Origin: Paramecium tetraurelia
Taxonomy: Eukaryota
Direction: 5' to 3'
DNA: 64,000 bases
Assembly: GCA_000165425.1 (NCBI GenBank)
Contig: CT868077.1
Coordinates: forward strand, 1 to 64,000
The translations under genes and the position numbers were made by a program. The notes beneath the pieces were generated by a model. That model had not been told where the DNA came from and did no database searches. It worked only from the letters and a program-made list of their open reading frames with translations. Positions 1-12,240 of the stretch are shown here, piece by piece. Position 1 is the first letter of the stretch, and every line of letters begins with the position of its first letter.

Positions 1-3000
1 GAAAGAAGAATAAAAATTAAAAGAAATAGAAATAATTAAAGTTGAAATAGGATAAGGTCTCCATCATTTGTAAGAAAAGAATCAATAAATCGAATAATAA
101 ACAGTAACTATTCAAGAATTAGAACAGAAAAATCATGCACTTTAAGAAGAACTGAAACAAAATGAATCATAAAAATTAAAAGAAATAGAAATAATTAAAG
201 TTGAAATCGAAAAAGGTCTTCATCATTTGTAAGAAAAGAATCAATAAATCGAATAATAAAAAGCAACTATTCAAGAATTAGAACAGAAAAATCATGCACT
301 TAAAGAAGAACTAAAGTAGAAAGAAGAATAAAAATTAAAAGAAATAGAAATAATTAAAGTTTAAATAGGATAAGGTCTCCATCATTTGCAAGAAAAGAAT
401 CAATAAATCGAATAGTAATCAGCAACTATTCAAGAATTAGAATAAAAAAATCATGCGCTTTAAGAAGAACTGAAAGAAAATGAATCATAAAAATTAAAAG
501 AAATAGAAATAATTAAAGTTGAAATAGGATAAGGTGTCCATCATTTGCAAGAAAAGAATCAATAAATCGAATAGTAATCAGCAATTATTAAAGAATTAGA
601 ATAGAAAAATCATGCACTTTAAGAAGAACTAAAGTAGAAAGAAGAATAAAAATTAAAAGAAATAGAAATAATTAAAGTTGAAATCGAAAAAGGTCTCCAT
701 CATTTGTAAGAAAAGAATCAATAAATCGAATAATAAACAGTAACTATTCAAGAATTAGAACAGAAAAATCATGCACTTTAAGAAGAACTGAAACAAAATG
801 AATCATAAAAATTAAAAGAAATAGAAATAATTAAAGTTGAAATCGAAAAAGGTCTCCATCATTTGTAAGAAAAGAATCAATAAATCGAATAATAAACAGT
901 AACTATTCAAGAATTAGAACAGAAAAATCATGCACTTTAAGAAGAACTGAAACAAAATGAATCATAAAAATTAAAAGAAATAGAAATAATTAAAGTTGAA
1001 ATAGGATAAGGTCTCCATCATTTGCAAGAAAAAAATCAATAAATCGAATAGTAATCAGCAACTATACAAGAATTAGAACAGAAAAATCATGCACTTTAAG
1101 AAGAACTAAAGTAGAAAGAAGAATAAAAATTAAAAGAAATAGAAATAATTAAAGTTGAAATCGAAAAAGGTCTCCATCATTTGTAAGAAAAGAATCAATA
1201 AATCGAATAATAAACAGCAACTATTCAAGAATTAGAATAAAAAAATCATGCACTTTAAGAAGAACTAAAGTAGAAAGAAGAATAAAAATTAAAAGAAATA
1301 GAAATAATTAAAGTTGAAATCGAAAAAGGTCTCCATCATTTGTAAGAAAAGAATCAATAAATCGAATAGTAATCAGCAACTATTCAAGAATTAGAATAGA
1401 AAAATCATGCACTTTAAGAAGAACTAAAGTAGAAAGAAGAATAAAAATTAAAAGAAATAGAAATAATTAAAGTTGAAATAGGATAAGGTGTCCATCATTT
1501 GGCAAGAAAAGAATCAATAAATCGAATAGTAATCAGCAACTATTCAAGAATTAGAATAAAAAAATCATGCACTTTAAGAAGAACTGAAGTAGAAAATGAA
1601 TCATAAAAATTAAAAGAAATAGAAATAATTAAAGTTGAAATCGAAAAAGGTCTCCATCATTTGTAAGAAAAGAATCAATAAATCGAATAATAAACAGCAA
1701 CTATTCAAGAATTAGAATAAATAAATCATGCACTTAAAGAAGAACTGAAAGAAAATGAATCATAAAAATTAAAAGAAATAGAAATAAATTAAAGTTGAAA
1801 TAGGATAAGGTCTCCATCATTTGCAAGAAAAGAATCAATAAATCGAATAGTAATCAGCAAACTATTAAAGAATTAGAACAGAAAAATCATGCACTTAAAG
1901 AAGAACTAAAGTAGAAAGAAGAATAAAAATTAAAAGAAATAGAAATAATTAAAGTTGAAATCGAAAAAGGTCTTCATCATTTGTAAGAAAAGAATCAATA
2001 AATAGAATAATAAACAGCAACTATTCAAGAATTAGAACAGAAAAATCATGCATTTAAAGAAGAACTAAAAGTAGAAAGAAGGAATAAAAATTAAAAGAAA
2101 TAGAAATAATTAAAGTTGAAATAGGATAAGGTATCCATCATTTGCAAGAAAAGAATCAATAAATCGAATAGTAAACAGCAACTATTAAAGAATTAGAACA
2201 GAAAAATCATGCATTTAAAGAAGAACTAAAGTAGAAAGAAGAATAAAAATTAAAAGAAATAGAAATAATTAAAGTTGAAATCGAAAAAGGTGTCCATCAT
2301 TTGCAAGAAAAGAATCAATAAATCGAATAGTAAACAGCAACTATTCAAGAATTTAGAACAGAAAAATCATGCACTTAAAGAAGAACTAAAGTAGAAAGAA
2401 GAATAAAATTTAAAAGAAATAGAAATAATTAAAGTTGAAATCGAAAAAGGTCTCCAACATTTGCAAGAAAAGAATCAATAAATCGAATAGTAAACAGCAA
2501 CTATTAAAGAATTAGAACAGAAAAATCATACACTTAAAGAAGAACTAAAGTAGAAAGAAGAATAAAAATTAAAAGAAATAGAAATAATTAAAGTTGAAAT
2601 CCAAAAAGGTCTCCAACATTTGCAAGAAAAGAATCAATAAATCGAATAGTAAACAGCAACTATTCAAGAATTAGAATAGAAAAATCATGCCCTTTAAGAA
2701 GAACTAAAGTAGAAAGAAGAATAAAAATTAAAAGAAATAGAAATAATTAAAGTTGAAATAGGATAAGGTGTCCATCATTTGCAAGAAAAGAATCAATAAA
2801 TCGAATAGTAAACAGCAACTATTCAATTATTAGAACAGAAAAATCATGCACTTAAAGAAGAACTAAAGTAGAAAGAAGAATAAAATTTAAAAGAAATAGA
2901 AATAATTAAAGTTGAAATAGGATAAGGTGTCCATCATTTGCAAGAAAAGAATCAATAAATCGAATAGTAAACAGCAACTATTCAAGAATTAGAACAGAAA

Positions 3001-3260
3001 AATCATGCCCTTTAAGAAGAACTAAAGTAGAAAGAAGAATAAAAATTAAAAGAAATAGAAATAATTAAAGTTGAAATAGGATAAAGGTGTCCATCATTTG
3101 CAAGAAAAGAATCAATAAATCGAATAAAAAACAGCAACTATTCAAGAATTAGAATAGAAAAATCATGCCCTTTAAGAAGAACTAAAGTAGAAAGAAGAAT
3201 ACAAATTAAAAGAAATAGAAATAATTAAAGTTGAAATCGAAAAAAGTGTCGGTCATTTGT
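1..3260 (+). repeat. 159-bp coding tandem repeat, about 20.5 near-identical copies, continuing beyond the window start
   Basis: The unit marker TAAAA(A/T)TTAAAAGAAATAG recurs at 11, 170, 329, 488, 647, 806, 965, 1124, 1283, 1442, 1604, 1763, 1924, 2085, 2244, 2404, 2563, 2722, 2881, 3040 and (as TACAAATT) 3200. Confidence 0.97.
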
Positions 3261-4105
3261 TTGAAAAAAATTAATTAATTGAATAATAATAAGAAACTAT
3301 TAAAGATCTGAAATTTCAAATTGTATAATTATCTACTGACTAATAATAAATTCAATCTACTAATTTAGATTAATTAGAATCTTTAAATTTATAACTAAAT
3401 TAAATGCACTCGATTTTATCTGAAAAAAATTAAACCATTTTAGATTTTGAATAATAACTCTAATAACAGAACATACAATTAGAATAATTACTTAATAATA
3501 CTTACATTTAAAGTTAAGAATAGACAATTTCTTAGCTACTTTAGGACATTACATCTTTAAAGTTATAAATTGAATAGTAGGATGATAATTAAAAGGTTTA
3601 TGAATAGATTTTGAATAAGCAAATTGAAAAATTAAAACAAAATAATCTTACTCAATAAACTTAAATACTATCTTTAACTTAAGATAAAGAAAAACTACAG
3701 TAATATATTTTAATAAAATAGATCAATTTGTTCTTAATTAAAATAAATTGAATCAATACTATAAGATGAATTACATAAAATGTAAGATAAAATAGATGAA
3801 TTATGCATTGAACTTGACAAAGTATAATAACCATCTACTCGATCATCTTCAATCACATCTTAAAATAAAACTTTGATATATGAATAGTTCTTTCACTTAG
3901 TAATTATATATGTTAAGATAGACCTCTCAATCAGTTCAGATGAATTCAAATCATTAAAATGCATTCGATGTTAAATTAAAATCATATTACTCCGAAGTTG
4001 TAAGTTAAGGTATACCTTTTCATAAAGTATCATTTATTATATTTTTAGTGGTCAAAATGGCTTGAAGACAAATTAAAAGAAGAATTAAATAAACATTAAA
4101 GATGA
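1..4105 (+). CDS. 5'-truncated giant coiled-coil protein built from 53-aa tandem repeats, followed by a unique Q/E/K/L-rich C-terminus
   Basis: Code-6 translation of the unit is KEEQKLKEIEIIKVEIGQGLHHLQEKNQQIEQQTVTIQELEQKNHALQEELKQ. Unique coiled-coil sequence follows from ~3260, then an intron at ~4027-4048 and ...WSKWLEDKLKEELNKHQR-TGA (4103-4105). Insertions in the array break the frame as assembled. Confidence 0.75.
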
Positions 4106-4344
4106 TTGAATTGTATATTATATATTTTTTTTGATACAGCACCTTATGATATCATTAAAGATCCCTTTGATTTATTTGTTATAAATCAATCAATAAATTT
4201 CAAATTACTCCTAAATTTGTCTTTATCTCAAATAAATAAAAATTTAGTTTGGTATATATTTTCTAATTTTTATATAAGTAATTGTTATGTTATTGAATAT
4301 ATTGGATATTTATATTTATTCAGTATTGTTTTATTCAAATAGTT

Positions 4345-5376
4345 TCATATTTTAAAAAAATTATGTCTCAGTAATTCCTTAGCAGAAGGTCTTTCTTTTG
4401 GATCAGTTTTTAACATCCATCTCAATAATTCAATGAATGATGAGTGAATATTTATATCTGAAAGATGAGAAAATGAAATTCCTTGTCTCAGATGTTAATC
4501 TGAAATTACTCTTCCTTTAGAAAAGAATTTTGAATCTTAGATCATCCATTATGGGAATGGACCGTTTAAATACTCAATCATCAATAAATGTTTTTGGTTG
4601 TTATTTTTCAGTTTGCCAAACAGTTCTTTTTGGAAAAACATTTCATGCATTAAACATCCAAGACACCAAATATCTTGCTTCGAATTCCATTCAAGTCCCA
4701 ATATTACTTCAGGTGCTCTATATTCTTCTGTATTGACCAGACCTTTATAGAACTATCTGCCATAAACAACATTTCCAAAGTCAATTATTTTCACATTAAC
4801 TTCATCGAATTAGGATTTGAAAAGAATATTTTCTAATTTAATATCGGTGTGAAGATATTATAGTTCATGCATATAGTCAATTGCATTTAACAACTATTAA
4901 ATGATAGATTTGATTTATTATTATGTAAATTTTTTTTTTACTAAGGATTCATATAGAGAGGGTCCTAAGGCCTCCATGAGGATGCATTGGCATTATTTGT
5001 GATAAAAAAAATCATATACTTTTACTATATGATGTCTACCAGGATGGTCAATTAATTTAGGGAATAAATTTAAAAATTATACTGCTTAGTATTCCTTTTC
5101 GTAATTATGAAATGAGTTTTTAATGATCTATTTTAAAATCATACTTACTTTCAATGCCCGCTAGTTATTTGATTAAACGTCTCTTACTTTAATTACTCTT
5201 CCAAAGGTTCCTTCATTGATCCTCTCCAAATATTTATACTTTCCCCCTATTATATCACCTTTGTCTAAAGAATAGCAGGATTCCTCTAAATCAATTACTT
5301 AGATTTGTTTAACAGGTTTTTTTTCTTTAGAACGAGATCTTTCCCGATCATCTATAACAATATAATTTTTTCTCAT
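4345..5376 (-). CDS. CMGC protein kinase, CLK/LAMMER-like
   Basis: Motifs EGTFGRV, HTDIKLENIL, DFG and [12 protein letters not shown], plus KHLLMIEYLNGPIP matching the EHLAMMERILGPIP signature. ATG at 5376, TGA at 4345-4347. Confidence 0.85.
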
Positions 5377-5466
5377 TAAAAAAAATGTATTATAAAATTG
5401 ATTAATCACTATTCATTAATTTATATTGCATAAATAAAATTAAAATTTAAAATATTTATTCCGGGT

Positions 5467-5858
5467 ATGAATTAATTGAACGATCAAAATCCCAATCCAA
5501 TTTTCTCTTTATTAGGCAATGCCGTCTCTTGTATATTTTTGTATCTATGATAGAATATCCTAACTATGATTCAAAGGTGAATTATCTTTTAGAATCAAGA
5601 AAAATATTTTTATTTAATTAAGTCTTACAACAAAAAATTCAGAATATCAAAGATCAAAATAGTTTATTGGAACAACAATTAATTCAACCTTAAAAGAAAT
5701 AGAGAAGAAAAGCAAATGAAATTTCTAAAATATATAAATGTACTTAGTGTGAAAAATCATATGGGTCAGAGGCATCCTTAAATCTCCACAGTAAATTAAA
5801 ACACCCAATGATTGAATCAGAATCAAAAACATAAATTGAACAAAGTTTTTAAATTTGA
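5467..5858 (+). CDS. Small protein with a single C2H2 zinc finger
   Basis: After a 23-nt intron (5531-5553) the frame gives YKCTQCEKSYGSEASLNLHSKLKH; TGA at 5856-5858. Confidence 0.8.
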
Positions 5859-6623
5859 TTCATATTTAGTTTTAATTAAGTCTTTTTGGTTTTAACAATA
5901 TAAAATTTAATTTTTAAACAAATTTTAAATTATATTCATTTATTTTTCTAGCCAAACCATTTAAATTTTGTGATGCATTTAGTTCGCATAATCCTTTTAG
6001 GACGGCGTCTTTAAACGACCATTCTTGAGTAAATTATGATCAGAAGAACAGGATATCAAAAATAAAATAGTAAAGAAAATTCATATCTTAAAAAATAGTT
6101 ATAAAGATGATACTTATAATTAAAATGTAATAAAGTTCTAAAGAAAAGACTAATTAATTGAACTAAAATATTTTTTCATCAAAAATATGAAATTAATGTT
6201 AATTTGAAAGTTCAAGGTGAGATTCCAAATATCATGAATACTTCGAAAATAAAATTGAGATGATTAAGATATAAATGGCATCGAAAAAATGATGGTTAAT
6301 ATGAATAAAATTAATTACAACCACTACTTTGAATATTTCTTCTGCATTCTCTTAATAATAATTTTAGTTAAGATTATTTTAATATCGTATAAATTTAATA
6401 TAACATTATGTTATTAAAATAATAATATTACTAATTAAGTTGATGAGTGTCTGATAATTATAAATTGTTCCTTAAATTAAAATAATAAAATAATTATCAT
6501 GCATAATTTGTAAAAATCCATTTTTTATCTACAAAGAAAATATCAAAATATAGACTTATATTATATTTATTAAAATTTAGCATAAAAATAAAGTTTTAAT
6601 GGATTAATATTTTTATTGTAATT

Positions 6624-7215
6624 TCAAAACTAGACTAGAATATCAAGGATTGGAGAAAAGTCATCAACACATGGTTTATATAAGTAATTTAATAAGGCAT
6701 ATCTATAGTTATTGTGATCCTTGATTGTTGATCTAATTTTATAATTTTATTTTAATTGGCTAATTAAAATTTAGCTATATAAATATATTGATAACTTACA
6801 TTCTATCTAAAATTATACATAACTAACCTGCTTTTGAGCTAGGAATTTTTTAATCCTATAAGACTTTATTCAAACTTTAAAATGTTTCTTAAATTTTTTC
6901 AATAATTTCAAACTAATTTTTCATTTATGGTATACATATTCATTGTTATTATTAAACAATTATATTAATAACAATTCTTTTTCTATTGATATTTTTAATT
7001 AAGCTAAGTCATCTATTTCTGCAAAATATATATTATCATGATAGTTTTACATTTTTATTGCCCTAGTTTTATGATAAATTATACATCAATTAATCTTGCA
7101 TATTAATTAAATCTTCAAAAATTCCTTTAGCACTCATGTCTAACTTTTCTAACAACTTCCATCTTGTGACTATAGAATTAAGTAGAGTCTTGATTAAGTT
7201 TAATTTACTTTCCAT
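6624..7215 (-). CDS. Hypothetical helical protein (~170 aa, several tiny introns)
   Basis: Starts MESKLNLIKTLLNSIVTRWKLLEKLDMSAKGIFEDLINMQDQL, with GTA...TAG introns. The 3' end is inferred. Confidence 0.55.
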
Positions 7216-7451
7216 CTCAATATTAAATAATTATAAATTAAAAATTATAGCAAAAAACAAAATTTAGAAGGAAGGAAAGCATTAATCTCATAAAAACTAG
7301 AATCTAATTTTTGGGCTTATCATGAAAGCTGTATTGTAATTCATTCTGTAAGAAATATTATCAAACATTAAGAATTACTAGGCTAGCAAAACTTAATAGC
7401 AAATGAATGCAGATATATAGATGGATTTAGTTGTTAAACCAATTAAATTGA

Positions 7452-7887
7452 TCATTCTTTTTTTTCTTCTGCTCTGATTTTACCTTTTCCATTTGTTAAT
7501 CTAACATTAAGTTCGGCTGCTCTTCTAACAAGGGTTGCTCTTTTTCTGGCAGAAAGGTTGTGGGCTAATTCACCTGCAAATGTTCTATTATTTGTTAGTA
7601 ATAGTTCAAGGTCTTTTTCATTGGTGATGAGCAATTTTCTAAAACCAGTTTAATCCAAATATCTAATATAAGCATAGTGTTTAATACCTTGTCTTCTTAT
7701 CACCTCTATAACCGGCTTTAGGCATAGGTCTGTTTCCTCTAAATCTTCTTCTGACTCTATTATCAATACCTCTTGGTCTTCTCCAACTTGGTCTTAATTT
7801 ATGAGGGTAGTCCTCTGATTCAAATCTAACAAATCTCTTTGTTCTCTTATGCACAATTCTCTTATGAGCAAGTGATTTGACAACCAT
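7452..7887 (-). CDS. RPL32: 60S ribosomal protein L32 (eL32)
   Basis: Two ORF-track fragments ([26 protein letters not shown]) are joined by a 25-nt intron at 7663-7687, with an in-frame TAA read as Gln. Confidence 0.97.
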
Positions 7888-8669
7888 TTGTTTATTATTA
7901 AATAAAAGATTTTAATTCAAATATTAATTAGCATTTGGGACATTTATTTCTAATATTATTATGAATATTGAAATAATCTCTTATTTGCAATTATTTCTAT
8001 AGTAATTATAATGATATATTGAGCCACTTTATGACAATAGAACTGTAAGAATAATTTGTTAGAATATAAATTATTTTATTTTATTTGGTGACAATAAATG
8101 TTATATAAAATCCTTCTTAAAAAATTTCTGAAGAGTTGAAATTCTTCCTTTTTTTTGTTTTTGGAGTTCCATTTCCTTCTTTATGTCAAAAATATATTTT
8201 TTGTTTCACTTATTATCAACATTAAGTTCAAATTATTTTCAAAGTGAATACTAATATAAAAATTTATCCTTAATAATTTTGATTTAGTTTTAACAGTCAC
8301 TAAACTCATATAGCAAGTTTGCTTTCGATGCAATCATTTATTAGGCTGTTCTCAACTATTAAGAAATCTTGGTTTTATCTATTTTTCAGAAATAGAAAAC
8401 TTATTACTGCCAATTTATATGTTTTATGTAAAAGTTAAAAATTCTACTAATAAAAAGGATATAGATTTAATAGATTAAAATAGTTATTTGAGTAAATCCA
8501 TTTCTATTTAAAAAATTATTATTTGAAAATATTATCCCTATTCGAAGCTTTAATGTAAAATTAGTGAGAACTAGAATTGTATCACCACATATCAATTCTA
8601 AAAGTAGAGAGCTTTCAATTTTTGGTTTAAAATGATTATTTCTTAATTATATTATTTATTTATTTAATA

Positions 8670-9803
8670 ATGGACAATCTGGATAGCTAAATTGTTAATA
8701 TTTTCAAAAATGAAATCTAAATAAAACGAATTCGGAAGGGTATTACTAAATTATATGCCAAGAATTAAAATAGTTAGAAATTCTGGATAGTAAGGAATTC
8801 AAAATTACTTTGAAGCAATTATCTAATAATTTACAAATTATTGTAGTCATTTATCAAAATTTAGGTTGAAATGCAACCAGTCGTTCAATTAAACTAAGGA
8901 AAACCTATTAAATTTTGTTTATATCTTGATAATAGATTCCCTTTTGTATTTCCAAAAGTTCATGTACTTAGTCATGTACAAATGAAAATATCTAAACTAG
9001 TTAACTAAACCAACTTTAGCTGATGGAAGAGATTATATCGAAGATGTATTACACTAATAATGGAGCCCATCTATTTTATTAAATGAAATCATTCAAAAGT
9101 TTCCCAAATTTCTCGTAAATCCATGATTCTTCTATAATTAGGATTAAGTTAGACATCACAAAGATAATAGAGATCAATTACTGTCTTTAGGAAAATACAA
9201 TCAAGATTAGGAATATGAAGGATAATTAGGTTTGGAGGATGTTGAATTCTTTTAATGCAAAGAAATAATAAATGGAAGATCTTATTAAAAAATAATATAA
9301 TTAAGCAATAGTCATATTTTGATATTGGAATCCTAAAATAAAGTGTTGAATCTATAAAGCTTTTAGCTTACAAAAGATTTAGTAAAAGTTGAAAAAGTAG
9401 ATAATAGTGCCCTATTAACATGGAAATCTGATGACAATTTTAGATCATAAACATTAATCCCTTAAAATATAGATCAATTTATGGATTCTATACTTCTCTA
9501 TAAAACTGGATCTTCAGGGAAAAAAATTTAAGAAGAAGAAGTAACATTATAAAAGTTTGAGAACTTTGAAATTTAAAAACTTCTTGACTAAGTCAGTTAT
9601 TACGAAAACTAACTTGAACAAGAATTAACCCCATAGATTGTGAACTCTCTTATGAACTCTTATTAATAAGTAAGCATTATTAAAATTAGGCTATCGAATA
9701 TTTTTCTGCTGTTTCTGATGAAGATTTTAAGGAATATGTTATGCGTCTTTAAAATTTAATAGGAAGAGAGGATGTTTAAAAAATACTTTCCAATAAATTG
9801 TGA
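8670..9803 (+). CDS. Protein with an N-terminal UBC/E2-like domain lacking the catalytic Cys (UEV-like) and an additional C-terminal region
   Basis: KRIRKEL ... LDNRFPFVFPKVHVLSHLTKPTLADGRDYIEDVLHQQWSPSILLNEII follows the E2 pattern (RxxKEL, YPFxPPKV, GxICL, WSP). Several tiny introns; TGA at 9801-9803. Confidence 0.7.
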
Positions 9804-10459
9804 TCATCCAGTATTTGTATATGATTTATTGTTGAATCCAGCTAAAATATATTAATGCATTAATAAAAATTTGATTTTTCAGTTAAATTTCACTGTTTAC
9901 TAAAATTTAGAAGAAAATTCCTATAAATATCCATTCTTTAGTATAATATATTGATACTTTAAATAGTGTAGGACCTTGGTTTTGGTTTTCATAATATATC
10001 GCAAAAAAATTTCATAATTTTCTTAATTATCATTCTATCCTTTTTTTAAAAGGAGTAATCTGGTAACCACTGAAAATAATTCTTTTTAATTTTTGAAGAT
10101 AATGGCCATAAAGCCTATTTTATTTTACAATCTCGTATGGTGAGTTTGTAAAGCTTAAATTTCTTTGTAACCTAGAGTCAATCTTTGAAATTAATTAAAT
10201 GCTAACAAAATTGAAGAATATTTCTATTCCTATTTATTAGGCGATTAAAGGAGTCCATATTCGTTATAAATATTGAATTTGATGTCAATTATGAAATAAT
10301 ATCCTTGATATAGTAATGATTTGCACACTGTTAAAAATATAATCGGATATAAAAATTTTGAAGAGGTATTGAAATTAAAGGGTATAGCTTATTATTAATG
10401 GTTGAATCCTCTTTCAATTGAGAATTTGAAAATAAATAATTATTGTATATATTAATTAA

Positions 10460-12200
10460 TCAAGTCGAAAATCTCTGTTAAATCACAAAACTTATGACAG
10501 TGAATAAGCCTACTACAAAGTTTTGAAGAATCTCAAAACTAATTTTTATCCCATATAATTTTAATGGGTAGTTTCTGCAATCATATTCTATATGTTTCTA
10601 CGCATTTTCTAGAGATTCTATTAAGCTATCTATTCTCTAATAAATAACTAGTGTGTCTGTTCCATGCTATTATTTTAAATGATTAACAAAGGATTTATGA
10701 ATAAAGTTTTATGGCTCTGATAAGCAATCTTCAAAATAATACTTTTTCATTCTTTTTACATCTTAGCAAATAAATTTTAAATTTTCAATTTGAGTCTTAA
10801 ATTCTTCGAAATATTCATTTATTTTAGCTGCACTCATTAAATAGGAACAAACGAAAATTAGATAGATGAAGAATATAATTCCTAAAGTAATCAGATAGTA
10901 ATAATCAATTATAAAATAATCTAAAATTATCTGAAGTACAAATATTATGCTGACAATGCAAAATAGTATTAAAATAGTAAAATAAACTTAATTTCTTATG
11001 TGATATGAAGCACCATAATCAAAAATAATGGATCTCAGCATGCTCCAAGCTTCAATAGTTCTGGGACAATTAATATCAATAGTGGGAGCTAATTTGAATT
11101 CACAACATTTGACTCTTTTTGTGCTGATTAAATAAAACACTTGATCTAAAAGGAATATTTTTCTTTTCATATCATCAAGTGCAATTAATAAATACATAAA
11201 AATGCAGTTAAATTAGATTGTTTAAAATATACCACAAATAACATTAAGAAATACTTCAAATGGAGAATAAAAGTAGTTGTAACATTAAATAGCCTTTGGA
11301 GTTGCTACTATGATTATACCTATAAATAGTGATGTCATAACAATGTATTTTCTGGTGTTCAACTATTAAAAAGATTCAATAAAATATGAAATCAAATTGA
11401 TTCCACTATATTTTCCATTCTTCACTTCATTAATTTCCATATTCTGTTCTTAAGCAAGTGCATTTTAAGTTTCTTACATAGGCTCAACGATGAAATCAAA
11501 ATAAAAAAATTGTGTATCGAAATCATGTCTCTTGGCACTTCTTGCAATTTCTAAATACTTTAGCTTTTTTGTTTAAGCTGCCCAATCAAATAAGACTGTA
11601 TCGAATTTGATAGTTTTTTCTGATAACCGAGATTATTCGTATAATTCAATTCTATCCTCATTCAAAGTAGAGAATTTTGCTGCTATTACTATTGAACGAG
11701 TTAACAAAGAAAACCAAAGTAGTCCCATTTCTAAAGATGAGATTAGTTCAAAATAAAAGTACATAATAAGTGAAAAAATATGTCCTCCCCATTGTAAGTA
11801 GTGAAATACAACATCTTATCTACAAGACCAAAATCCTAAATTATACATGAGCATTGGTTTATTAAAGAAAAAAAAGCATGTGAACGGACCAAATATATAA
11901 AATAACTAAATAGTTAATTTTAAATACCAACTGATACATATAATATTAAGCAAAGTGTTTCATATTGAACTCCGCCTTATAAGACAAGTCTTATTTTTGT
12001 TTTTAGCATTTAGTTTCGTGAAATGGAGTTTCATCAATTGTTGAATTCATTTTAGTGAAAATGATTTGCAATTCAATATCTTCCTCGGGTTATTTTTAAT
12101 TGTCAATGGGAACTCCAACTGAGCACTTATCATGATTCCAAATATAACATCTAGAGGGAGCAGGAGAATCTTCTATTTTCTGAGTATTAATTTCTTCCAT
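10460..12200 (-). CDS. Multi-pass membrane protein, PHTF-family-like
   Basis: Multiple hydrophobic segments. DDMKRKIFLLDQVFYLIS...IEAWSMLRSIIFDYG and the C-terminal PLKLYGIKISFEILQNFVVGLFTVISF resemble PHTF1/2 conserved blocks (recognised by eye). Confidence 0.65.
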
Positions 12201-12240
12201 AATATTATGATTAAAAAGTAAATTAGAAACATATATATAA

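Noticed and set aside
1..3260. CRISPR array or non-coding satellite
   Set aside because: There are no unique spacers, the unit length is a multiple of 3 with synonymous variation, and the frame continues into unique coding sequence.
5856..5862. Apparent abutting convergent stop codons
   Set aside because: The minus-strand gene starting at 7215 more plausibly stops near 6624, so no overlap is supported.
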